A DNA stretch of 37,095 bases. Source: a virus (lineage: Duplodnaviria; Caudoviricetes). The notes below the pieces were generated by a model that searched no databases, was not told the origin of the DNA, and saw only the letters and a program-made list of their open reading frames with translations. Below are positions 19,081 through 27,132 of the stretch, in pieces. Location: positions 1 through 37,095 of IMG/VR virus record IMGVR_UViG_3300049139_000387; one strand, 5' to 3'. The number at the start of each line of letters is the position of its first letter. The first letter of the stretch is position 1. A program made the translations under genes and the position numbers.

Positions 19081-19628
19081 CTCAGGGCCTCCAGTGCGGG
19101 GATGCGTTCGGCAAGGCGTGCGGCCACCTGGTCCGGTGGGTCCGTGCACGGATCGGTGAGCAGACGCCACCCGCGTGAGGGGGCGCGCTCCGCCAGGCGA
19201 GCGGTCTTGGTGCGGCGTCCCCGGACCCACGTCGCGTCCTGAGGGGAACCGCGGAGTCGGCGGCGCTCGTGTGCGACCGCTTCGGACGGTGCGCAGTGCA
19301 CCAGCGTGACGGTGAACCCCGCTTCGGTCGCGGCGTCGAGGAACCCCGCCGTGGCCAGCCGATCGCCCTCGCCGAGGACCACTGCGGAATCCGTGCCGGC
19401 GATCCATGAACGCGCGGCCGGTTCCACCGACAGCGCGAGCGCATCCGTGCCCGAGAACGCGGCGCGACGGCGACCGAGTTCGACCGCGACCACTTCACGC
19501 GAACGCACGAGGAGATCGTGTGCGAAGGGTCGGCGGCGGCTCAGCCGCGCGCACTGGTCGGTCAGCGCGCACATCAGCGTGGACTTGCCCGCTCCGGGCT
19601 CGCCGATCAGATAGACCAGCTCCTTCAC
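19077..19628 (-). CDS. P-loop nucleotide kinase (type associated with base-modification loci)
   Basis: YLIGEPGAGKST, FSGTDAL, EGDRLA, RR.LRGS.QD..W..GR.TK; coupled to ParB and TET genes. Confidence 0.8.
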   Translation of the reverse strand: MKELVYLIGEPGAGKSTLMCALTDQCARLSRRRPFAHDLLVRSREVVAVELGRRRAAFSGTDALALSVEPAARSWIAGTDSAVVLGEGDRLATAGFLDAATEAGFTVTLVHCAPSEAVAHERRRLRGSPQDATWVRGRRTKTARLAERAPSRGWRLLTDPCTDPPDQVAARLAERIPALEALR

Positions 19629-20338
19629 GCGGCGGCCTCCCGTTCGGGAAGGTGGCCACGGATCATCTTCGGGGTCACGGCGCGCAGAGCGCCCAGCACC
19701 AGATCACCCGAGGACACCTCGGTGCCCAGGCCGCGACGCAGCTCGGCGAGACGGGCCACGGCTTCGGTGTGTTCGTCCAGGTCCAGGACCACGACGAACT
19801 CACGTAGCCCCGACGCCGAAGCTTCCTCGTCTTGTTCGGCGTTGGCGCCCAGGCGCTCAGCGCGCGCGGCCGTCTCCTCGTCGGACTCGGCGTACTGGGG
19901 CTGGACTGTGGTCGGCGGAGAGGTGGGGACCTCGCCCAGGCGTGCGGCGAGGTCTTCCAGGTCGTCAACGCTGAACGCCGTTCCGGTGAGGGCTTCGGCG
20001 TCGGCGCCCACCTGTTCCAGGAGGGCGAGCAGAGCCGACTCGTCGTAGGTCGCCAGATCGGTGGAACGGTTGTCGGCGAGCAGGATCTTGCGCGCCTGGT
20101 CGTCGTTCACATCGACCCACAGCACGGGGATCTCTGCGGCGCCGCGAGCCTTGAGCGCCATCCAGCGGTGATTGCCCGCGAGGATGCGTCCGGTGCTCCG
20201 CTGCGCGACGACGGCGCCGTAGAACCCGTGCGCGTCGATGGACTCGCCGATGGCGTCGACGTCCCCGCGACGCGGGTTGTCGGGGTGCGGGATGAGCTGG
20301 TCGATCGGCACCTGTTCGTAGTGCTGGTTGCTGATCAC
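19625..20338 (-). CDS. ParB/Srx N-terminal domain protein
   Basis: HPDNPRRGD, ESI..HGF, ILAGNHRW.A, LADNR; GTG start coupled to the upstream stop. Confidence 0.88.
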   Translation of the reverse strand: MISNQHYEQVPIDQLIPHPDNPRRGDVDAIGESIDAHGFYGAVVAQRSTGRILAGNHRWMALKARGAAEIPVLWVDVNDDQARKILLADNRSTDLATYDESALLALLEQVGADAEALTGTAFSVDDLEDLAARLGEVPTSPPTTVQPQYAESDEETAARAERLGANAEQDEEASASGLREFVVVLDLDEHTEAVARLAELRRGLGTEVSSGDLVLGALRAVTPKMIRGHLPEREAAA

Positions 20339-20652
20339 GAGGCGCCTCTCAGCCAGGCGCGGCACATGTTCTGGTGGCGGGAGGTCGTGACCGAGTAGCG
20401 CTCGTCAGGTATGACTACTTCGCCGTCGGCGCGCACCCACGCGATCGGGGTGCGGTAGGAGAGCACGGTGTAGACGACTCCGGGGTCCTCGTCGTCGGCG
20501 CGATAGCGCCGGTACCACTCATGGGGCAGGCACTCGCCTGTACTCCAGAGCGCTCCCGCGATGGCGCTCATGGCTCCGTAAGAAGTGAAGGGTTCGCGTC
20601 GAGCCAGGAATCCATCAGGACCACCAGCGTCCCGAATCGCGATCGACGGCAT
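20335..20652 (-). CDS. Phage hypothetical protein
   Basis: GGAGG RBS; SYxTPIAW...YSVTTSRHQ motif recalled from phage proteins of unknown function; first gene of the operon. Confidence 0.75.
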   Translation of the reverse strand: MPSIAIRDAGGPDGFLARREPFTSYGAMSAIAGALWSTGECLPHEWYRRYRADDEDPGVVYTVLSYRTPIAWVRADGEVVIPDERYSVTTSRHQNMCRAWLRGAS

Positions 20653-20689
20653 GACGGAACCTCCGTGGTGTCGTTCGAGGAGCGCCCGG

Positions 20690-20780
20690 TTTTTTCGTCA
20701 AAACCGTGGCGCACATGCGCGGCCCTGGCCGCCGGGCGGAGCTAGGGGAGCTGAGCGGGGGGTTCCCCACCCCGGGGAGC
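20690..20780. other. Candidate cos/packaging-site region
   Basis: Non-coding, between HNH and the terS operon; G/C-run pattern (- strand CCCCGGGGTGGGGAACCCCCC...CCGCCCGGCGGCCAGGG) like that seen before P27-type terS; exact site not determinable. Confidence 0.35.
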
Positions 20781-20973
20781 GGTCGCTTGTGGTGGTGGGG
20801 TCACAGCGGCATTTCCCCAGGTAGTCACGGAAGGTGACGGGTGCGGTGGTCGGTCATCCCCGGGGTGCGACTGGAGAGTTTGGTAACAGGTTTATAAACA
20901 TGCAGCCTGTGAGGGGCTTTTGTGGCGATCGGGTGGCCTGGGGAGATGCACATCGTCGCCGATGGGGCTCCTC

Positions 20974-21002
20974 TTGGAGCTACTAGGAGTGGCCAATAGG
21001 AT
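20974..21002 (+). promoter_or_regulatory. Housekeeping-sigma-type promoter
   Basis: TTGGAG (20974-20979) - 17 bp - TAGGAT (20997-21002), upstream of the ATG at 21045. Confidence 0.65.
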
Positions 21003-21019
21003 TTCTGTGTACACAGAAA
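21002..21019. promoter_or_regulatory. Perfect 18-bp palindrome, candidate operator
   Basis: TTTCTGTGTACACAGAAA covering the predicted transcription start. Confidence 0.7.
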
Positions 21020-21044
21020 ACCGCAAAGCAAGGGAGCCCCAGCA

Positions 21045-21548
21045 ATGGCCACCACCACCAAGACCTCCACCGCCAAGACCCCCGCTACGAAGGCGCGCAC
21101 CACTAAGGCCGCGCCCGCCATTAAGGAGGCCACCCCTGCCAAGGCCGCGCCCACCACCAAGGCCGCGCCCACCAGTGGCTCGCTGACCAACATGACTGCC
21201 GCCGAGGCGAAGGCGATCACCGAGGAGGCCGCGCCCACCAAGGCCGAAAAGCCCAAGGCCACCCGCAGCGCGAAGCCCGGTGCGTACATCCGGAAGGACC
21301 GCACCCGGCGCGCCACGGGTAGCCGCGTGCAGGTGTTGGACCTGCGCGCCGAGGACGCCCCGGCCGACGCGGTGAAGCCCAAGGGTGGCCAGCACTTTGC
21401 CACCCACTGCGTGACGCACGGCACCACCGAGCACCACGACACCTATGGCGCCGCGTACAAGGCGTCCAAGGTGAGCCACGAGTGGTGCGGCAAGTGCCAC
21501 CTGGTGGACGCGGACGCGGTGAAGACCACGAAGGCCACCACCAAGTAA
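21045..21548 (+). CDS. Ala/Lys/Thr-rich histone-H1-like protein with C-terminal Cys/His domain
   Basis: KAAP(T/A) repeats; C..H...H...WC..C; AGGGAG RBS; high GC3. Confidence 0.8.
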   Translation: MATTTKTSTAKTPATKARTTKAAPAIKEATPAKAAPTTKAAPTSGSLTNMTAAEAKAITEEAAPTKAEKPKATRSAKPGAYIRKDRTRRATGSRVQVLDLRAEDAPADAVKPKGGQHFATHCVTHGTTEHHDTYGAAYKASKVSHEWCGKCHLVDADAVKTTKATTK

Positions 21549-21554
21549 GGCCCA

Positions 21555-21586
21555 GGTGTGGGGGCGGCGGTGACCGCCCCCGCACC
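21555..21586 (+). terminator. Stem-loop after histone-like gene
   Basis: GGTGtGGGGGCGG-cggtga-CCGCCCCCgCACC followed by TTATT. Confidence 0.6.
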
Positions 21587-21617
21587 TTATTCATCCCATG
21601 AACCGAGGAAAGGACGA

Positions 21618-21773
21618 ATCATCGAACTCGAACTCTTGCGGAGCGTCGCTCCTCCCGGATGGGACGTCGACCCCTCCGGTGACTTGGTGTGCCCGTGTGG
21701 GACCCGAATCGAGCAGGACGGCACGTGTACCGAAGGGCACGTGTCGTTCCTTCGTGAGTGGGGGCTGATCTGA
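21618..21773 (+). CDS. Small Cys-rich protein, start codon uncertain (ATC)
   Basis: CPCG..IEQDG.C..GH; strong RBS GAGGAAAGGA followed only by ATC codons; stop coupled to the next ATG. Confidence 0.55.
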   Translation: MIELELLRSVAPPGWDVDPSGDLVCPCGTRIEQDGTCTEGHVSFLREWGLI

Positions 21774-22081
21774 TGCGCCGACGCGCAGCACGATGGCGCT
21801 CCTACGTCCGCGCCACCCTGGTCGCCTTCACCGCTCCGCGCACCACGGCGACCCCGTCGTCTCCGCCGATCGACTCGAACACGTCAGCGGGATCACCGTG
21901 GGGGTTCCGCTACGCGGCGGCCGACATCGACTGGTCCACCACCCGCTACGCCCTGGAGACCGAAGTCGGTCCCTGCGGGTGCGCCTGCTCGATCGGACGC
22001 CCCTGTTCCGGTTGCGGGCACGCCCAGTGCGGAACCGGAGACCGCACTCGCATCCGAACCCACTACCGAAAGGCCGCATGA
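21773..22081 (+). CDS. Hypothetical Cys-rich protein
   Basis: CGCAC....PCSGCGH..C; coupled at both ends. Confidence 0.65.
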   Translation: MRRRAARWRSYVRATLVAFTAPRTTATPSSPPIDSNTSAGSPWGFRYAAADIDWSTTRYALETEVGPCGCACSIGRPCSGCGHAQCGTGDRTRIRTHYRKAA

Positions 22082-22440
22082 CCATGCACGACCAGCTTCC
22101 GACCATCGAGGGCGACGTCACCGGGAACGTGATCCCCGAGACGCCCGGCGTCCTCAAGCTCCTCAAGAACTCCCGGTTCAGCGTCATCACCCGTGACGTG
22201 CGCGTTGCCGACTTCACGACCCTGGACGGCCTCTACTCGCAGGTGCACCGTCAGCTCCGCGGATCGGGGTTCTACGTGATCGGTGACCACGGCATCGAGG
22301 GAGAGACCGACTTCCACAAGTCCATCGAGGCCGCCGTCATGAACGCCCTGAACCACCACTACCCGCCGAACGCCGAGGACGGCGCGGCCACTGAACGCAT
22401 CGACGCCGCTGAGTCCGCCCAGGACCAGCGGCGCCGATGA
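22078..22440 (+). CDS. Hypothetical protein
   Basis: ATGA coupling, AAAGG RBS, high GC3. Confidence 0.75.
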   Translation: MTMHDQLPTIEGDVTGNVIPETPGVLKLLKNSRFSVITRDVRVADFTTLDGLYSQVHRQLRGSGFYVIGDHGIEGETDFHKSIEAAVMNALNHHYPPNAEDGAATERIDAAESAQDQRRR

Positions 22441-23228
22441 CGACCGCCCAGGCCGGGAGCGACTTGGAACCCGAGCCCGGCCTGGGCGCGCTTCACCCAC
22501 CTGATTCACATCAAGGAAGGCAGCAGTACCTAATGTACGACGAGAACTCCAAGCGCGGGATCGCGCGTCTGGTCGAGACTCAGCGCGAGTTGCGGGGACA
22601 CAACTTCCTGCCCAGTGACTCCGAGCTGGCGAAGATCCCCGGGGCCTACGAGACCGAGGACATCCGCGAGTCCTTCAAGAAGATCTACGCGCACTACTTC
22701 ACCGCTTCCGCTGACTGGTGGCTCGTGGAGATCTGGGAGGAGATCCCCGGGCAGTGGATGGGCTTCGGCTACATCCGCCTCGCCAGCAACCCCGAAGGCG
22801 CTGAGTGGGGGTACATCAGCCTCAACGAGTTGGAGGAGCTGAACATCCCGACGCGGCCGGACCCCTCCGACCCGATGCTCGTGCTCCTGGTCGAGCTGGG
22901 TGTCATCGTCCCGACCCCGCTCATCGTCGAGCGAGACCTGCACTGGAAGCCGAAGTACGCCCACAAGGCGATCCCCGGCATCCCCGCTCCGGCCGATGAC
23001 CACGGGTACCCGTGGTTGCTGGCGTTCGAGCGGCTGCACGACACCGGGTGGAAGTCCGAGGACGAGTTGGAAAGGGCGTGCGAGAAGGCCGTCATCGAAG
23101 GGGCGCCCGAAGGCGCCTACCAGTTCCACGAGGGCGAGTGGAAGACCATCGACCAGGCGAGCGCGACACTCAAGTCTCTGCTGGAGCCCTACGTCGAGGC
23201 CGCGAAGGCGGTGGCCGAGGATGAGTGA
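22437..23228 (+). CDS. DUF2958-like domain protein
   Basis: IP..YETE, HYF..SADW.LVE, FGY, EWGYISL.EL, VERDLHW.P; alternative start at ATG 22533. Confidence 0.75.
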   Translation: MTTAQAGSDLEPEPGLGALHPPDSHQGRQQYLMYDENSKRGIARLVETQRELRGHNFLPSDSELAKIPGAYETEDIRESFKKIYAHYFTASADWWLVEIWEEIPGQWMGFGYIRLASNPEGAEWGYISLNELEELNIPTRPDPSDPMLVLLVELGVIVPTPLIVERDLHWKPKYAHKAIPGIPAPADDHGYPWLLAFERLHDTGWKSEDELERACEKAVIEGAPEGAYQFHEGEWKTIDQASATLKSLLEPYVEAAKAVAEDE

Positions 23229-24087
23229 GCTGGAACGTCCGCACCTGCTGGCGCCTGTCCTGCCCGTGCCGATCGGTGACGGGCACGACTGGCGTGGCGC
23301 TCTCCGCTACGGCTGGGAAGCGATCCCCTCGTGGGGACTCGACGGCTGGGACATGGGCAACTGGCCCTACGTGATCATCTGCCGCTACGACAACGCCCCC
23401 GTGTTCGCGCTGGCGACCTACACCGAAGGCGACATCACTCTCCGGGCGTGGGACAACGTCCACGAGCGCGACGCCGCCTTGGACGAGATCGCCGCGTGGC
23501 ACTGGCGACACGGGTACCCGGAAGGTCCCGAGGACCTTCCGCCCGAAGGAGAGCCGTTGCTGCCCCATCACCGAGGCCCGTTCAGCTGGGATCGGTTCCA
23601 CCTGGCCAAGGAGATGACCGAGGTCGTCTTCGCCTGCGCGGTCTGCAACCAGCGGGTCCACGGCGGTGAGGAGTACGTCAATGGCGTCCTGACGGTGACG
23701 TGGACGCACGGAGGACCGAGCGATCACGAAGCCGTTCCCGCTCCGGCCACCAAGGGAGAGACCACCGACGCTTGTGACTTCTGCGGTCACACCATCGGCT
23801 CCATGTGGCTCTTCACCACGGAGACCGAGTTCACCGTGACCACTGAGGCCGACGGCGACACCTTCACCGCCCATCACGACCGGTCCTGGACGTCCTGCCA
23901 CCCCTGTATGCGACAGATCGTCGCTCGTGACGGGGAGCGGCTTGCCCACCGGGCGATGCTCCGCATCCGGCAGTCGGTCCCTGGGCGGAGCGAGGAGTGG
24001 TACCGGTTCGCGAAGGAGTACATCATGCATGGTCACTCGGCGTTCTTCGCGGCCAACCCCGGCGCTCCGGAAAGGATCAGGCGATGA
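23221..24087 (+). CDS. Hypothetical protein with CxxC motifs
   Basis: WGLDGWD.G.WPY..Y.EGD N-domain; CAVC, CDFC, CHPC; ATG at 23221 overlapping the upstream gene. Confidence 0.75.
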   Translation: MSELERPHLLAPVLPVPIGDGHDWRGALRYGWEAIPSWGLDGWDMGNWPYVIICRYDNAPVFALATYTEGDITLRAWDNVHERDAALDEIAAWHWRHGYPEGPEDLPPEGEPLLPHHRGPFSWDRFHLAKEMTEVVFACAVCNQRVHGGEEYVNGVLTVTWTHGGPSDHEAVPAPATKGETTDACDFCGHTIGSMWLFTTETEFTVTTEADGDTFTAHHDRSWTSCHPCMRQIVARDGERLAHRAMLRIRQSVPGRSEEWYRFAKEYIMHGHSAFFAANPGAPERIRR

Positions 24088-24317
24088 GGGCCACGGCCGT
24101 GTCCAAGGTGCTCATCGACCAGGCGACCGACCGGGTCACCCTCGGTCTCACCGGGAACGACGGCGACATCGAGATCACTGTTCCCGTCGCTTCCATCTCC
24201 ACCCTGGCGGCGTCCCTGGACTGTGACCGTGAACTGGCCGTCCACCTCGACATCGACACCGCCAAACTCGCGTTGGCGTGTCTGGATCGCGTGAGGTTCA
24301 TCCACGCCGCTCTGTAG
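24084..24317 (+). CDS. Hypothetical protein
   Basis: ATGA coupling, AAAGGA RBS. Confidence 0.65.
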   Translation: MRATAVSKVLIDQATDRVTLGLTGNDGDIEITVPVASISTLAASLDCDRELAVHLDIDTAKLALACLDRVRFIHAAL

Positions 24318-24333
24318 TCTCTGTCCGACAACC

Positions 24334-24363
24334 GACCCCGGTCGCCGTCCTGCGGCCGGGGTC
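24334..24363. terminator. Hairpin between convergent genes (likely bidirectional terminator)
   Basis: GACCCCGGtCGC-cgtcct-GCGgCCGGGGTC. Confidence 0.65.
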
Positions 24364-24366
24364 TTG

Positions 24367-24732
24367 TCATGCCGCGCCGTAGTGTCGGGCCTCCGCCCAC
24401 CAGCCTCCGGGCTGGTCTCGGGCCGTGCGCTGCGAGTGGTGGTCATGACATAGCGGACGCAGGTTGGTCTCGTCGTAGCCGCGCGGTCCCTTCGGGCCGC
24501 GCCCGTCGATGTGATCGACCTCCGTCGCCACCCGTCCGCACGTCGGCCACACGCACCATGGATGTCTGCGCAGGTACGCGCGCGCAAAACGGCGCCAGCG
24601 GCTCGTATATCCCCTTTGGGTGGGGTTGCCCCGGGCGGCATCCGCGCGGCGCAGGCACGCTGTACAGCGCCCGCCTGAGGTACGTGTGCCACACCCCGGG
24701 GTAGTGCAGTACGGCCATTGTCGGTACGGCAC
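24367..24732 (-). CDS. Terminase-associated HNH endonuclease
   Basis: C..PGC, RGY...W, P.C...C...ATEVDHI, NLRPLC..HH..RT; GTG start with GGGGGTGA RBS. Confidence 0.92.
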   Translation of the reverse strand: MPYRQWPYCTTPGCGTRTSGGRCTACLRRADAARGNPTQRGYTSRWRRFARAYLRRHPWCVWPTCGRVATEVDHIDGRGPKGPRGYDETNLRPLCHDHHSQRTARDQPGGWWAEARHYGAA

Positions 24733-24756
24733 CGCGGAATCACCCCCAACTGCGAC

Positions 24757-24790
24757 GAAGGGCGCCCGGCCTTCTGGCCGAGCGCCCTTC
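24757..24790. terminator. Stem-loop upstream of HNH
   Basis: GAAGGGCGCcCGGCC-ttct-GGCCGaGCGCCCTTC. Confidence 0.6.
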
Positions 24791-24846
24791 ACAGCGAGCC
24801 GGCGGAGGTACAGAACCTCCAGCCTGAGATCAGGGTAGTTGCACTC

Positions 24847-25068
24847 CTACGCCACCGCGCGGAGATCGGCCGCTTGGTCACCGCTTTCTCGATCGCGTTG
24901 GCACGCGAGCACATCGGCCTCCAGGTACAGGTGCGCTCTGGTGCGGCGGTCGGTGGCGAGGTGGCTCAGATGGCCCCGGTGGACCCACGACTTCAACGTG
25001 TTGCGCGGAACGCCGTGCTCGCGTTCGATCTCACTCCAGGTCAGGAGTCGGCGGTGCGCTCGACCCAT
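24847..25068 (-). CDS. MerR-like HTH DNA-binding protein
   Basis: LLT..EI....GV...TLKSWV.RG.L....LY...DV; purine-rich RBS. Confidence 0.75.
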   Translation of the reverse strand: MGRAHRRLLTWSEIEREHGVPRNTLKSWVHRGHLSHLATDRRTRAHLYLEADVLACQRDRESGDQAADLRAVA

Positions 25069-25294
25069 CGCTCTCCCCTTCCTCTGGGGACGCGACGGAC
25101 ACGTTCCCCTCCTTGTCCACGACCAGGTCACCGTTGACGTAGGCGGTCAGCAGCGTCCGTATCAGCCACGGATACTGACGCTTACCGAACTCCATTTCCG
25201 CCTTGTCCTGCGCGGCCTTCCACAGGGCTTCCGGTGCACGCACCCGATGCCCTGGCATCTCCCCTGTCGCCGGTCGGCCAACTCCTGCCACCAT
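25031..25294 (-). CDS. Ribbon-helix-helix-like regulator
   Basis: GRPATG...HRVRAPEALWKAA...IRTLL.AYV; GAGGAGG RBS. Confidence 0.65.
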   Translation of the reverse strand: MVAGVGRPATGEMPGHRVRAPEALWKAAQDKAEMEFGKRQYPWLIRTLLTAYVNGDLVVDKEGNVSVASPEEGESDGSSAPPTPDLE

Positions 25295-25397
25295 CCCCTC
25301 CTCAAGTCCCGATCACCGAGGGTATGACGACGCCCCCAGACAGGACGAGTCTGAGGGCGTCAGCCGAAGGCCGCAGGAAGGCTGACCACCGAAGGTC

Positions 25398-25574
25398 CTA
25401 CTCGGCCTGGCGAACCTCAGCGATGAGCGCCACCCACTGCCCCAAGGGGACAGTGATGTGTCCCGAGTCCCGATGGGCGGTGTCGCGCACGTCGGCGCCT
25501 GACGCGTGCTCCCGCACTTCCACGCACTCGTTGTTCCCACTGCTGTACGAGGACTTGTGCCACTCGGCGGTCAT
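25398..25574 (-). CDS. DUF397 protein (58 aa, absent from the ORF track)
   Basis: MTAEWHKSSYSSGNNECVEV...VRDT...G.I.V...QW; ATGA-coupled to the XRE gene. Confidence 0.93.
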   Translation of the reverse strand: MTAEWHKSSYSSGNNECVEVREHASGADVRDTAHRDSGHITVPLGQWVALIAEVRQAE

Positions 25575-26389
25575 GCCAGGTCACCTCTCACTTGCTTCAC
25601 CAGGTCCAGAGACGCTGCGGGGGTGAGCGCCCAAGACATCTGCTCCCCGAAGATAGCGCCCAAGCGTCTGACCTCATCACGCTGGTCGATGACCACGCCC
25701 CCAGAAGCGTGTTCTGCATAGGCCAGGGGTAGCCGGTCCTCGAAGGAGATCAGCCTGAACGGGCCGGTTGCTACCCCTGCCCGATTTTCCGTTCCAGAGG
25801 GGACGATCAGCAAGCGGAGAGTCCCGTCAGCTTGAAGTTTTAGCAGGTGATCGAGCTGCTTCGCCTGAGTCTGTGGTGATCCAATCGTGTGCCGGATCAC
25901 GTACTCCGTGAGCACCACGAGCATTCTCGGGCGGTTCTGAGAGAGCAGCTTCGGCAACATGGACGTCCTGACCTTCATCAAGCGTTCGATGTTGGCCCGG
26001 CTGTCACCAGGGCGACAGTCGGTCAGAACAGCGCGCGCGTAGTCGGGCGTCTGGAATCGCCCTGGGATGAGCGCCGAGTGGAACGTCTCGATGCTGATCG
26101 CGTACTTCTCGGCCTCGGTGATCTCGCGGTACCACTCCGGGTTGCCGTCGAGCCGCCGCGCGGTCTCCCAAGCGCGTAGAACACTTCCGTGCGCGTCCAG
26201 CTCTCTGTCCAGGCTCTCTACGTCTCTACGCCTTGGTTTTCGGTGGCCCGTCTCATGGCCGCCAAGCGTGCTTCTCGCGATCCCACACTGCTTGGCCAGA
26301 TCATCCTGTGACAACCCAGACATTCTGCGTAAATGGCTCAACGTGGCACCAAATTCGCGCCAAGCATGGTGAGGGGGTTCAGTCGCCAT
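25571..26389 (-). CDS. XRE-family HTH + DUF5753 regulator (WhiJ/Scr1-like)
   Basis: FG..L..LR...GLSQ..LA, E.G.R.P, IPG.FQTP.YARA, QL.HL. Confidence 0.92.
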   Translation of the reverse strand: MATEPPHHAWREFGATLSHLRRMSGLSQDDLAKQCGIARSTLGGHETGHRKPRRRDVESLDRELDAHGSVLRAWETARRLDGNPEWYREITEAEKYAISIETFHSALIPGRFQTPDYARAVLTDCRPGDSRANIERLMKVRTSMLPKLLSQNRPRMLVVLTEYVIRHTIGSPQTQAKQLDHLLKLQADGTLRLLIVPSGTENRAGVATGPFRLISFEDRLPLAYAEHASGGVVIDQRDEVRRLGAIFGEQMSWALTPAASLDLVKQVRGDLA

Positions 26390-26574
26390 GCGAGCACTAT
26401 GCCATAGAGGTTGTCGCGCTAACTCCGCGCCGATGACGCAGAATGATGCGTCACTCTCGCGTCAGCCCTGATTGCGCGGCATCTCTGGCTTCTTTCATGC
26501 TCCAAGTTCATGCTTCCTTTTAGCGACCAAGATCTGCTGAGCGCTTCCGAACGTGCGCGGACCAGAGGTAAGAG

Positions 26575-27126
26575 GTGATCTGTGTGGGCAAGGTGATCGA
26601 GTTGCATGGAGGCAGCACGCCATCCGACCTGAGGTTGCCGCCCCCACGTCGTGTCACTGACGGGCACCTGCGGGCACCCATCGTCAACGGCCGACCCCTT
26701 CCCATGGGAGATGCGATTGCGCTCTACGGGCTGAAAGAGATGTCCGCTGTTGCTCGACGGTGGGTCCGTGTTCACGCCGGACGCCGCAGCGACGAGAACG
26801 ACACCCTTGCGCTCCTCACCGCTGAGCTGTTCGCGAACGCCGTTCGCCACAGCCGTAGCGGACAGCCCGGTGGTGAGGTCGTCGTTGCGGTCAGCAAGAC
26901 CGGCATGACCACGCAGGTCAAGGTTGTGGACAACGGCCCCCGGGAACCCGGGGCAGGCCCGCGCCTCAGGACCGTCGATGTCGCGGCTGGGGACGGCGAA
27001 CTCGGTGGGTTCGGTCTTCGCCTGGTCAACGACATGGCCACCAGGTGGGGCGTCCTCCACGAACAGGTCCGGGGAGAGTGCCGCACCACCGTGTGGTTCG
27101 ACATCGACCGCGACGCTCAGGCGTGA
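26575..27126 (+). CDS. HATPase_c ATP-binding protein (AbaA/RsbW-like anti-sigma)
   Basis: ARRWV, LL.AELF.NAVRHS.SG, V.D.G, GG.GL.LV...A.RWG, VWF; start may be GTG 26584. Confidence 0.9.
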   Translation: MICVGKVIELHGGSTPSDLRLPPPRRVTDGHLRAPIVNGRPLPMGDAIALYGLKEMSAVARRWVRVHAGRRSDENDTLALLTAELFANAVRHSRSGQPGGEVVVAVSKTGMTTQVKVVDNGPREPGAGPRLRTVDVAAGDGELGGFGLRLVNDMATRWGVLHEQVRGECRTTVWFDIDRDAQA

Positions 27127-27132
27127 TCCGAG

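Noticed and set aside
19081-19407. N-terminal extension of the dioxygenase in the ORF track
   Set aside because: Overlaps the kinase gene in another frame; coupled GTG at 19080 is the better start. The same logic was applied to several other ORFs
19625-20338. ParB-methyltransferase fusion
   Set aside because: No DPPY or FxGxG motifs; C-terminal part is short and acidic
5039-24732. Many proteins ending in Ala-Ala as a general Clp degron programme
   Set aside because: High GC and overlap with the next gene's RBS (GGAGGC) readily produce such ends; only the longer MCP/MTP match was kept
25571-26389. XRE protein as the prophage immunity repressor
   Set aside because: DUF5753 domain, DUF397 partner and divergent HATPase mark it as the actinomycete triad type; the lysogeny module is probably beyond the right edge
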